From contig CAVYAN010000120.1 of the NCBI GenBank assembly GCA_963766075.1, forward strand, positions 1 through 49,406: a stretch of 49,406 bases of DNA, read 5' to 3'. A model generated the notes under the pieces. That model ran no database searches and was not told the origin of the DNA. It was given only the letters and a program-made list of their open reading frames with translations. Position 1 is the first letter of the stretch. Every line of letters begins with the position of its first letter. The position numbers were made by a program, and so were the translations under genes. This stretch comes from an uncultured cyanobacterium. Its GTDB lineage: Bacteria; Cyanobacteriota; Cyanobacteriia; Leptolyngbyales; Leptolyngbyaceae. Below, piece by piece: positions 29,515 through 39,080 of this stretch.

Positions 29515-31533
29515 ATGCTTGTCTGTACCCATTGTGGGTTTGAAAATCCGAATAGCAATAACTTTTGCCAGGAGTGCGGTACCTCTTTAATGCACAACAG
29601 TTGTCCCGCCTGTAGCAGTTTAGTGCCGTTTAGCTCCCTGCATTGTCAAGAGTGTGGGGCAGCGGCAGGAGTAGTTTGGCTGGCGATCGCCACCTTGCCC
29701 GCACCGGACGCTCCACCCCTCGCCTATCTGGATCGGGCACAGCGATATCAACTACTGGAACCCTTTGTTCCCTCTTTGGCATCGGCCCCAGTGACATCGG
29801 CCCCGGTATTTCAGCCGATCAAAGTTTTGGATTGTCAGCCTTTACAGCTATCTCCCCTTGAAGCCCTCAATGAAGCGGATTTAGACCAGTTGATGGCGAG
29901 CTTTTCCCCGGATTGTCCCGCGCCAGAGCATCCAGTTCCCGACAAAGGTGCCATGGCGGGTGCGGCCACGGCGGGACCGATTCTGCCTGTGCCACCGCTG
30001 GCACAGCCCTACCTGGCCCTGCGTAATCAGTTTTTGCATATTTTTCCCGCAATTCATGATACCTGGCAAACCGAGGATCAAGCTGTGGTGCTGCTGGAAG
30101 AGCGATCGCACCTACTCCTTTTGGGTGAATTTTGGCAGAACCAGGCAAATCCCTCATCCTTGGCCGTAGTAGACTACCTGACGGATTTTGTCGAGCTGTG
30201 GGCTGCCCTCGCGCCCTGGCACTGTCGGCAAAGCCTGTTGGAGCTGAAGAATCTGCGGGTAGATAGCGATGGCTGTCTCTGCTTGCAGTATCTCTATGCC
30301 GATGCCGACGCCTCTGGGGCCAAGTCCTTGCCTACGCTGGCAGATCTTGGGCAGGTGTGGCAGGGCCTGTTTCCTCCCCTGGGATTATCAGAGGCGGTCG
30401 TTTCTTTTATTGCGGATGTCGCCTCGGGCCAAATGACTCTCCTTGATCCTGTGCGATCGCAACTGGATGCGATCGCACAGGCCCTGATGATGCCACCAGC
30501 GCCCTCAGTTGATCCCCTTCCCTTTCCTTCTAATCAAGATAGTGCCAGTCAGGAGGGTGCCAGTCAGGAGGGCGGCGGTGATGCGCCGCCCGTTGTCTCG
30601 ACGATTCCCATTGCCGAGCTAGCATTGATGATGGAAGACGATGAGGGTGAGGGTGATGGGCTCCCCACCATCGTGTTGCCAATGCAACTGTTTAATATTG
30701 AGGACGCGGGACGCAGCGATACGGGGCAGCAACGGGATCATAATGAGGATTTTTACAGCATCGATGTCCAGCTCAGCAAGCAAGAGGGGCCTAAAGGCAC
30801 AACAATCGCCGTGCGCAATCTCTACATTCTTTGCGACGGCATGGGCGGCCATGCGGGTGGCGAAGTAGCCAGCATGATGGCTGTGAGCACCCTGCGGCAG
30901 TATTTTAAGGATCATTGGCAAACGGGTCCGCTAGGGGAAGGGGAGTCATCACTGCCCGATGAGGCTGCTATGACGGCAGCAGTCCAATTGGCCAATAAGG
31001 TGATCTATGACGAAAACCAGAAAAATGAGCGATCGGGAAGTGGTCGCATGGGGACAACTCTGGTGCTGATGTTGGTACAGGATACGAATGTGGCGATCGC
31101 CCATGTGGGGGACAGCCGCCTGTACCGTTACACGCGCAAGCGGGGAATTGAACAAATTACCATCGATCACGAAGTGGGACAGCGAGAAATTCAACGGGGT
31201 GTCGATGCGGACATTGCCTATGCCCGCCCTGATGCCTACCAGTTAACCCAGGCACTTGGCCCACGGGATGAGGGCTTTATCAAGCCCGATGTCCAGTATC
31301 TGGACATCAACGAGGATGCGCTCTTTCTCCTGTGTTCCGATGGGCTGAGTGACAATAATCTTTTAGAAACACACTGGAAGTCGCATATCGAGCCGCTCCT
31401 CAGCTCGCAGACCAACTTGGATTCTGGCGTGAGCAAACTATTAGATCTGGCCAATGAATATAATGGGCATGATAACATCACGGCGATCGCCGTCCGTGCT
31501 AAAGTGCGTCCGAACCTCGCCCACCTGCGATAG
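29515..31533 (+). CDS. PP2C-family Ser/Thr phosphatase with N-terminal double zinc ribbon
   Basis: Four CxxC motifs, RDHNED, LCDGMGGHAGGEVAS, MGTT, HVGDSR, LCSDGL, GHDNIT. Confidence 0.92.
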   Translation: MLVCTHCGFENPNSNNFCQECGTSLMHNSCPACSSLVPFSSLHCQECGAAAGVVWLAIATLPAPDAPPLAYLDRAQRYQLLEPFVPSLASAPVTSAPVFQPIKVLDCQPLQLSPLEALNEADLDQLMASFSPDCPAPEHPVPDKGAMAGAATAGPILPVPPLAQPYLALRNQFLHIFPAIHDTWQTEDQAVVLLEERSHLLLLGEFWQNQANPSSLAVVDYLTDFVELWAALAPWHCRQSLLELKNLRVDSDGCLCLQYLYADADASGAKSLPTLADLGQVWQGLFPPLGLSEAVVSFIADVASGQMTLLDPVRSQLDAIAQALMMPPAPSVDPLPFPSNQDSASQEGASQEGGGDAPPVVSTIPIAELALMMEDDEGEGDGLPTIVLPMQLFNIEDAGRSDTGQQRDHNEDFYSIDVQLSKQEGPKGTTIAVRNLYILCDGMGGHAGGEVASMMAVSTLRQYFKDHWQTGPLGEGESSLPDEAAMTAAVQLANKVIYDENQKNERSGSGRMGTTLVLMLVQDTNVAIAHVGDSRLYRYTRKRGIEQITIDHEVGQREIQRGVDADIAYARPDAYQLTQALGPRDEGFIKPDVQYLDINEDALFLLCSDGLSDNNLLETHWKSHIEPLLSSQTNLDSGVSKLLDLANEYNGHDNITAIAVRAKVRPNLAHLR

Positions 31534-31544
31534 CGGGTTACCCT

Positions 31545-32912
31545 ATGGTCATTGTGACCCTTCTCGATCCCGAAACCCAGATGTCTCAGCAGCAGTGGTA
31601 CTTTGAGCAGGGGGCTGTGATTTGGGTGGGGCGCGCTCTGGAAAATGATGTGGTCTTGATCAGTCCTCTGGTGTCGCGGCGGCATTTGGAATTACGCTGC
31701 CAGGGCCAAGATGGGGAATTTAGAAATCACGGGGCCAATGGCCTTTATAGGGCGGGAGAATCCATCAGTCAAGGGACTTTCACGGAAACGATCTGTCTCC
31801 AACTGGCCCGGGGGGGACCCATGCTTCGCTGTGATCTGGTGCCTGCTGAACAGGTGCCTCCTGATGCTGGAGCGGGAACAGGGGCGATCGCCCAGGGCAC
31901 ACGCAGCACCATCGCTGCCGCCGCTCCTAGTAAACCATCGCTCCCCGTGGCCTCGCTGCAATTGCCACCCCTGCCTGTTTTGGGCAAACTTTCGCCGTCT
32001 AGGGGCGGCGGTGTTTGCACCCATCGGGGTAATCCTGTGGAGGGTTTGCTGTGTATCCATTGTGGACAACCCCTGCGGGTGGAACGCCAAATCCAGCAAT
32101 ATCAGGTGTTACGGGTGCTGGGTCGGGGTGGAATGGGCACAACGTATTTGGCATGGAATGGTTCGGTCGTGTCCCATGCTAATCGCAATGCCCTGGCCGA
32201 ACAGGGAGCCAATCTCAGCCAGAAGGGCTTACTGGTGCTGAAGGAAATGAATGCAAACATGGTGCAAATTCCTAAGGCCCGTGAATTGTTCGAGCGGGAG
32301 GCCGCAACCCTAAAAGCTCTGAATCATGTGGGAATTCCACAGTTTTACGACTTTTTCGTGGAAGCAGGGAAAAGTTATCTCGCAATGGAGTTGCTGCATG
32401 GCCAGGATTTAGAAAAGCGGGTGGTGCAGCAGGGGCCAGTGGATCCGCCGCAGGCGATTGCCTGGATGCTGCAAACCTGCGAAATTCTGGACTATCTCCA
32501 CCACCGTCCCCAACCCATTATTCACCGTGACGTTAAACCGGGCAATTTGCTGGTGCAAACAGCGACGAATCGGGTTGTGCTGTTGGACTTTGGGGCAGTG
32601 AAGGCGGCAGGGTTGACCGTAGGAACTCGGATTGGGGCGGAGGGCTACAGCGCGCCGGAGCAGACTCAGGGGCGACCGGTGGTGCAGTCTGACCTCTATT
32701 CGGTGGGTCCAACCCTTGTTTTTTTACTGACGGGACAAAAGCCCCAACGGTTTTATAAGCGGCGCGGAGAGGGTTTTGGACTGGTGGTGGACGCGATTCC
32801 AGAAATTCCCCCAGCGTTGAAGGGGGTGATTCGGCGGGTGACGGAACTACGGCCCAGCGATCGCTATCGGTCTGCCAGAGAACTGGCCCAAGTTCTTGCC
32901 GCCTGCCAATAA
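31545..32912 (+). CDS. FHA-domain Hanks-type Ser/Thr protein kinase
   Basis: FHA GR..END..VSRRH; kinase LGRGGMG, VLKEM, HRDVKPGN, DFG, APE. Confidence 0.92.
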   Translation: MVIVTLLDPETQMSQQQWYFEQGAVIWVGRALENDVVLISPLVSRRHLELRCQGQDGEFRNHGANGLYRAGESISQGTFTETICLQLARGGPMLRCDLVPAEQVPPDAGAGTGAIAQGTRSTIAAAAPSKPSLPVASLQLPPLPVLGKLSPSRGGGVCTHRGNPVEGLLCIHCGQPLRVERQIQQYQVLRVLGRGGMGTTYLAWNGSVVSHANRNALAEQGANLSQKGLLVLKEMNANMVQIPKARELFEREAATLKALNHVGIPQFYDFFVEAGKSYLAMELLHGQDLEKRVVQQGPVDPPQAIAWMLQTCEILDYLHHRPQPIIHRDVKPGNLLVQTATNRVVLLDFGAVKAAGLTVGTRIGAEGYSAPEQTQGRPVVQSDLYSVGPTLVFLLTGQKPQRFYKRRGEGFGLVVDAIPEIPPALKGVIRRVTELRPSDRYRSARELAQVLAACQ

Positions 32913-33095
32913 GCGCCCCTAGGCCCTACCGATGCAACCCCGGGCGCAATCATTGATTTATTAGATTGTCCGGACATAATCTCAACAATGGTTGTGCGGA
33001 CTTTCGCGCAATAAAACTGACGGGTACCTCGATGCAGCCCAGCCTACACCAAGGGTTGTGGCGGAATTGCTCAGGCCAGATGGAAATTGCTTGCT

Positions 33096-33141
33096 AATAG
33101 GCTCTCTCGATGCATCCAGCATGCATTGAGAGAGCCCTATT
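33096..33141. repeat. ~20-bp-arm inverted repeat upstream of porin
   Basis: AATAGGCTCTCTCGATGCAT-CCAGC-ATGCATTGAGAGAGCCCTATT. Confidence 0.85.
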
Positions 33142-33145
33142 CACT

Positions 33146-33160
33146 TGATAATAACTTTCA
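33146..33160 (+). promoter_or_regulatory. Fur/Zur-type 7-1-7 box candidate
   Basis: TGATAAT-A-ACTTTCA versus consensus TGATAATnATTATCA, upstream of a porin. Confidence 0.5.
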
Positions 33161-33287
33161 ACTCTAGGTCTATTCCTTTGGGACATGAGCCACAGGAAGA
33201 TGATCAACAGTCGTCATCTTCCTGTGAAGACTCATCAATTCATTCACCAGATGAAGACTGACTGTGACCCTTTATCCGTCCGAACTC

Positions 33288-35108
33288 ATGAACAAACGCA
33301 GCCTCCAATACCTGTTAGGTGGTGTATTACCCTTTGCAGCCCTACCCGCCCTCGCGATCGAACCTGTCCAGCCATCAACTCCTGCCACCAACGCATCTGC
33401 TGCGGTGTTGGCACGTCCCCTTGACCCCAAAATCAATCCGCGCACAATGGCACCAGCCTTGCCAGTGTCCACCGCGTCCGACGTCGTCGTGTCATCACGC
33501 GACGCGATGGCACAAGTGACATCGGTGTCGCAGCTCTCGGATGTGCGCCCCACCGATTGGGCCTTTCAAGCCCTGCAATCCCTGGTGGAGCGCTATGGTT
33601 GCATTGTGGGCTATCCGGACAAGACCTTTCGCGGTAACCGGGCCATGACCCGGTTTGAATTTGCGGCGGGGCTGAATGCCTGCATGGATCGGGTGAATGA
33701 GCTGATTGGCGCAGCGACTGCGGATCTGGTCAAAAAAGAAGACTTGGCAACGCTGCAAAAGCTGCAACAGGAGTTTGCGGCAGAACTAGCGACCCTGCGC
33801 GGACGGGTCGATGCATTGGAAGCCCGTACCGCGACCCTCGAAAAGCAGCAGTTTTCCACCACCACCAAGTTGAGCGGGGAAGTGATCTTTAGCCTAGCCA
33901 GCGCCTATGGTGCAGGTCCGGGGGGACAAGATGCCACGCCTGTATTCAACGATCGCGTGCGATTGTTCTTGAATACAAGCTTCACTGGCAAAGATCTGTT
34001 AATCACGGGGTTGCAAGCCTACAACTTTGGTGAAGGCACGCAGAGCTTTGGGGGATTGCTGGGCTACGGCGATCCGATATTCAATACCTCCAGCCAAGTG
34101 CGGTTGGGCTATGAGCCGCAGTTTCCGGTTACCAATCCCCAAACCCTGGCCGGGGGGCGCGGTGGCAACCGGGTTGATCTCTACAAGCTGCTCTATATTT
34201 TTCCGGTTGCCAGTAAGCTCACGGCCTTTGTGGGAACCAGTGCGGAAGTCTCGGATGCCTTTCCGGCAATTTTGCCCTGGGCGAGTGAAGGCCAAGGGGC
34301 GCTGTCTCGTTTTGCTACGCTGCCAGCCTCCCATCGGGTTTCTGGCGGCACTTCGCAAACGGGCCTTGCCGCTGCTGCGGGGGTGATTTTCAACTTCTCT
34401 GACCAGATTGACTTCCGTGCGCTCTATGGCAGTGTGAATGCAAACATACCCAACAATGCAGGTTTTCCAGGCACGCCCCTGGGTGCCGGTGTTTTTGGTG
34501 GCAGCTACATTGCGGCAGCTCAGTTGACGGTGCGCCCTTCTCGCAGTTTGGATATTGGTCTAAATTACGCCCATAGCTACCACCAAATCAATATTCTAGG
34601 AACTGGCCTCGCAAGTTCCGACATTGGCTCGGTGCTGTTTACGCCGACAGCAGCGGAAATTGCTGCCCGGGGGGGTGGATTGGGAGCACTGGGAGCGATC
34701 GCCAATCAAGGCATTACGATGGACACACTGGGGATAACCGCCAATTTCCGGCTAACCCCCAAGCTCTCCCTAGCAGGCTCCTACAGTTACATCTTTAGCA
34801 ATTTGGTGGATGTGAATGCTTCCACGAACTTCCAAAGTTGGTTGATTGGCTTGCAGGTGCAGGACATTGCCAAGAAGGGCAGCACCGCCGGCCTGATTTT
34901 TGGCCAGCCTTTATCTCGGGTGGCAACGGGTGGGCGCGCGATTGATCCGGGTAATCGCACCACCTACCAAGCAGAAGCCTTCTTCAATTACAAGCTCAAT
35001 GACAATATCAGCATTACGCCTGGTCTTTTTGTCATCTTTAACCCTGAAGAAAGCAGCGCCAGTGAAACAGTCTTTGTTCCGGTGATTCGGACCACATTCA
35101 CGTTTTAA
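33288..35108 (+). CDS. cyanobacterial SLH-domain porin (OprB / iron-uptake porin family)
   Basis: QVTSVSQLSDVRPTDWAFQALQSLVERYGC, FSTTTKL.GE, C-terminal RTTFTF. Alternative GTG start at 33264. Confidence 0.93.
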   Translation: MNKRSLQYLLGGVLPFAALPALAIEPVQPSTPATNASAAVLARPLDPKINPRTMAPALPVSTASDVVVSSRDAMAQVTSVSQLSDVRPTDWAFQALQSLVERYGCIVGYPDKTFRGNRAMTRFEFAAGLNACMDRVNELIGAATADLVKKEDLATLQKLQQEFAAELATLRGRVDALEARTATLEKQQFSTTTKLSGEVIFSLASAYGAGPGGQDATPVFNDRVRLFLNTSFTGKDLLITGLQAYNFGEGTQSFGGLLGYGDPIFNTSSQVRLGYEPQFPVTNPQTLAGGRGGNRVDLYKLLYIFPVASKLTAFVGTSAEVSDAFPAILPWASEGQGALSRFATLPASHRVSGGTSQTGLAAAAGVIFNFSDQIDFRALYGSVNANIPNNAGFPGTPLGAGVFGGSYIAAAQLTVRPSRSLDIGLNYAHSYHQINILGTGLASSDIGSVLFTPTAAEIAARGGGLGALGAIANQGITMDTLGITANFRLTPKLSLAGSYSYIFSNLVDVNASTNFQSWLIGLQVQDIAKKGSTAGLIFGQPLSRVATGGRAIDPGNRTTYQAEAFFNYKLNDNISITPGLFVIFNPEESSASETVFVPVIRTTFTF

Positions 35109-35144
35109 CGGGGTCTAAGGCAGCCAGTCGTCTCCCCGAACAAC

Positions 35145-35190
35145 AAACCATTGGCCCCACTCACGTTTAAGCAGCGGGGCCAATGGTTTT
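35145..35190. terminator. probable bidirectional terminator between convergent porin and hpf
   Basis: AAACCATTGGCCCC ... GGGGCCAATGGTTTT 14-bp stem. Confidence 0.75.
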
Positions 35191-35313
35191 CTTGTTGAGA
35201 GCGATTGTTGTCGATGCAACGGTGCCCTGCGCTGGCTCTATGGTCAGTGCTTGAGCGCTGAAGCGTTTACTACGAGCCAAGGCCTCACCCTAAAATTAAG
35301 CGGTGACTGTGCA

Positions 35314-35961
35314 CTAGATGTGAGCTAGATGCGGGGCATCAGCACTTTGGGCTTTACCATTTTTGCTGTGCCCATTGCTATTCCCAGTCGTGGCTTTGCG
35401 GGGTTGAATGACGCCATAACCACCGTGGTTACGCTCATAGACGACGTTAATCTCACCCGTTTCGGAATTCAGGAACATATAAAAATCATGGTCAATGAGT
35501 TCCAATTGCTCCAGCGCCTCCTGGGGGGTCATGGGCTGCATGGCAAAATACTTAGTCCGAACCACTTGCGACGGCAGTTCCGGTTCACGATCCTTGAGCA
35601 AATCGGGGATGATGGGTTGATCGCTAAGGGCTTCGACGGGCTTAACTGGAATGCGCTGTTTTTCCGATCGCTTTTCCTTATACTTTCGCAAGTTGCGGGC
35701 AATCTTGTCGGCGACGAGATCAATGCTGGCATAAAGGCTTTCAGAACTCTCTTCGGCGCGGACGACGGAGCCGTTAACATAAATTGTGACTTCGGCGGTT
35801 TGCTTCGAGTTGATGCGGGGATTGCGCGCAATGGAAAGATTAACATCAACTTCCGTAGTCAGGGCTTGGTAGTGAGTGACTGCTTTATCAATCTTTTGGT
35901 TAACGTACTCCCGAATTGAGTCAGTAATCTCAATGTTTTTACCCTGGATAACAAGCTTCAT
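35314..35961 (-). CDS. hpf: ribosome hibernation promoting factor (long HPF / LrtA)
   Basis: [45 protein letters not shown]. Confidence 0.95.
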   Translation of the reverse strand: MKLVIQGKNIEITDSIREYVNQKIDKAVTHYQALTTEVDVNLSIARNPRINSKQTAEVTIYVNGSVVRAEESSESLYASIDLVADKIARNLRKYKEKRSEKQRIPVKPVEALSDQPIIPDLLKDREPELPSQVVRTKYFAMQPMTPQEALEQLELIDHDFYMFLNSETGEINVVYERNHGGYGVIQPRKATTGNSNGHSKNGKAQSADAPHLAHI

Positions 35962-36203
35962 GAAGCCTTCCTCCGGTGAGAAATGGGTTTATAGGTTGTA
36001 TAGGTTTACCGTAGCACTTTGTATTGCGCCCGACCTTTCGCTTTAGAATGTGTTGCAACGCTTGATAATTCTTGACCTTTAAATCTTCACAATGAGCCAA
36101 AATTACTCAGAATCTCTCTTGCATTTCAAGGGAATGTCTGGAGCATATAGGACACATGGGAATGGCGATGATCGGGGATGACTATAATTGGGATGAGCCG
36201 CCT

Positions 36204-36867
36204 TTGGCTAGGGGAAGGCGGTGCTGTCGGCTGGTCCTGGGGGGAATGATGCCCTATGTGGAGGCTTGGGAATGGCAGCGATCTGCAGGTGTCTGCGCGG
36301 CGGGCCGATCCGCAGTTGGATGACATTTTACTTTTACTAGAGCATCCGCCAGTGTATACCTTAGGCCAGGGTTCGACCTTGGATTTTCTCAAGTTTGATC
36401 CGCAGGAGAGTGAGTACAACTTGTATCGCATCGAGCGCGGGGGAGAGGTGACGTATCACTGTCCGGGACAACTGGTGGGCTATCCCATTTTAAATCTGAG
36501 CGGCTATCGCAAGGATTTGCATTGGTATTTACGGCAATTAGAAGCGGTGATTATTCAAGTTTTGGCAGAGTATGGATTACCAGGAGAACGGATTGCTGGC
36601 ATGACTGGGGTGTGGGTAGAAGGTCGCAAGGTGGCTGCGATCGGGATTAAAGTAAGCCGCTGGATCACAATGCATGGCTTTGCTTTGAATGTCTGTCCTG
36701 ATATGACAGGATTTAGTCAAATTGTTCCCTGTGGCATTATAGACAAACCCGTCGGCAGTTTGGCAGAATTTATTCCCAGTATCACGCTAGAAGTAGTGCA
36801 AGAGCAACTGATTACTGCTTTCTCTGATGTCTTTCAGGTTGATTTTTATTCGGATACTGCATCATAA
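36204..36867 (+). CDS. lipB: lipoyl(octanoyl) transferase; +1 frameshift near 36285 as sequenced
   Basis: [44 protein letters not shown]. The N-terminal ...[12 protein letters not shown] lies in another frame; TTG start at 36204 is tentative. Confidence 0.92.
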
Positions 36868-37446
36868 CTACAAATGATGGCTGAAACCTCTGAAATTAAA
36901 TTCTATATAAACTTTTAATTTATTGGATAAGAACAGGTTTTTCAAGGGAGATGTTTTTTAAGAGATATATAGAGCCTACAGATCACTCTCATCAAATACT
37001 TTAATAAGAAAATAGTGGCAAGCAAATCCCTAAATATTGAACAAGTCCTAAAGAATCTCTAGTTTTCTAAAGATTCCCTAAATTTTAAAATCCCTTACAG
37101 GCTGAGTCTTCGGGATTTTCGGGATTTGTTCATAAACTTTTAATGCGTTGGAGCGAATCTGTTCACAAGTATAGAAAAGATTTTGATGAAAGATACGACA
37201 AATTGATTGGCAAAGAGATTGATTCAGCGGTTAATTTCTAATTGGTGTGGCGATTGAGATGTCGATTGAGGCAGAAATTTATGAGCAGGCATTCTACAGT
37301 GATTGACGAGCAGGCTCAAGAAACCTATGGGAAACTGCCCTGGGTATTGGGGTAAGGTACAAGGGAAATCGGCTAGGCCGAACCACCCTGCACGCAACAG
37401 CATTGAAAGCGGCAGAAGTGACCGGAAGCATAACGGAGCGTTGGGC

Positions 37447-38739
37447 ATGCGCGTTTACCTGATTTATATGGTGTTGGTGACGGTGGCGGTAGGACTGGCT
37501 GTCGGGCTGAGATCGGCTCAACAGCGGTTCAGACGGTGGGGGTTCAGTGTGGCCCTGGCCGGGGTGGCGATCGCCCTTGTGCTCCTCCTCGGCTTTGCCA
37601 CAGAGCCACAAGCTCGGGATCTGCTAGTGGACTTTACCAAGGCTTACTATCCCGCTGGTCAAGCCGCCCTAGACAACCCCGCCCTGCTTTATGCCCGCGC
37701 CGATGATGATTTGACCTTTGTCAATGTGCCCCTGGTGGCTCTGCTGTTTGCACCCATGGGCCTGATGGATCTGCCCATGGCGTCGGCAGTGATGCTGATT
37801 TTGGGCATTCTGGCAACGCTCGCGGCGCTCTATGCCTGCCTGTACCTCAGCGGCGTGACGGGATGGCGTAGATGGGTCCTGGTTGGGCTGTTCATGGCCA
37901 ATGGCCCTCTGTTTTACAATCTGCGGATGGGCAATACCACCCAATACACGCTGTTGCTGCTGGTAGGGGGATTGTTGGCCCTGCGACAGCGGCGGGAATG
38001 GCTGGCGGGAGGACTGCTGGCGATCGCGGGCATCATCAAAGTGCCTTTGCTGCTCTTGGCAGGCTATTATCTGCTGCGACAGCGGTGGCGGGTGGTGCTT
38101 GGGTTTGGGGGCACTTTGGCCATCATTGGGGCTTTATCTGTGCTGGTGTTTGGACCGGCACTACATGTCACGTGGTATCGGGAATGCATTCAGCCTTTTG
38201 CGGGCAAACCCCTGTCAGCCTTTAATGTGCAGTCGATCGATGGCCTGTTGGCGCGTGTCCTGCTGAAAGGGGAGTCCCGAAATTGGTTACCCATGACGGT
38301 CGATTGGGGGTATAAGCTGGTGCGCTATGGCTTAGTGGCGGGATTGGTCGGTGGTGCCCTCTGGGTGGGCTGGCAGACCAAAGAGCCTCAATCCACGGCA
38401 GCGGCAAACTCTGAATTTGCGATCGCCCTTTGTCTGGCGTTAATCATCAGTCCTATTTCTTGGACGCACTATTACTTACTGCTGCTGTTGCCGCTGGCCC
38501 TCTGGCTGGGCAATCAGTTGGCTATTCCCGCCCGCCAACCCTGGACCGTTGGGATGCTGGTCGTAACGCTCCTGATTTCTTTGCCCACGGTTAATCCAGA
38601 GTTTGACAATCCCCTGCTGCGGCAACTGGTCACCCAAGTTTGGATTTCCCATTATCTCTACGGTGGCTTGCTGCTGCTGGGGCTGCTGCTGCTGGGACGC
38701 TGGCAATCTGCTGAGGTTATGCCGCGATCGCCATCCTAA
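37447..38739 (+). CDS. GT87-like (DUF2029) polytopic glycosyltransferase
   Basis: DF.KAYY.AG, F.N.P, N...GN, IK.P, N.QS, SPISW.HY; many TM helices. Confidence 0.82.
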   Translation: MRVYLIYMVLVTVAVGLAVGLRSAQQRFRRWGFSVALAGVAIALVLLLGFATEPQARDLLVDFTKAYYPAGQAALDNPALLYARADDDLTFVNVPLVALLFAPMGLMDLPMASAVMLILGILATLAALYACLYLSGVTGWRRWVLVGLFMANGPLFYNLRMGNTTQYTLLLLVGGLLALRQRREWLAGGLLAIAGIIKVPLLLLAGYYLLRQRWRVVLGFGGTLAIIGALSVLVFGPALHVTWYRECIQPFAGKPLSAFNVQSIDGLLARVLLKGESRNWLPMTVDWGYKLVRYGLVAGLVGGALWVGWQTKEPQSTAAANSEFAIALCLALIISPISWTHYYLLLLLPLALWLGNQLAIPARQPWTVGMLVVTLLISLPTVNPEFDNPLLRQLVTQVWISHYLYGGLLLLGLLLLGRWQSAEVMPRSPS

Positions 38740-38804
38740 AAATCCAGCGATCGTGACAATCCCGCGATCGCGGCATGACGAGTTAGACGGCTCAACACGA
38801 AAAA

Positions 38805-38818
38805 GTATAACGTGCTAC
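38805..38818 (+). promoter_or_regulatory. canonical NtcA box (GTATAACGTGCTAC) upstream of the DUF1611-racemase operon
   Basis: Exact GTA-N8-TAC with A-rich 5' flank; overlaps TACAAT at 38816-38821. Confidence 0.5.
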
Positions 38819-39080
38819 AATTAGTAGCAAGATACGTTTAACCCGAGGCTCGATTAAAGCTTTAGATTTTCGCTGCACAACCTACATCCCTTGGGCTTTC
38901 AAAGAATTTATTAGCTTGCACAGCTTGTGCTGTGTGACGGTTCTAATGGGCATGAAAAAATTGCATGCTGAAAATCAGGTGAATTTCTGCGGGTTGTGCA
39001 CAGGCAGGCAAAACCTTAGATTTTGAAGAGGCTTAGCAACTTCAACAAAGCCATCTGAGGATTAATCAAAAATATAATTA

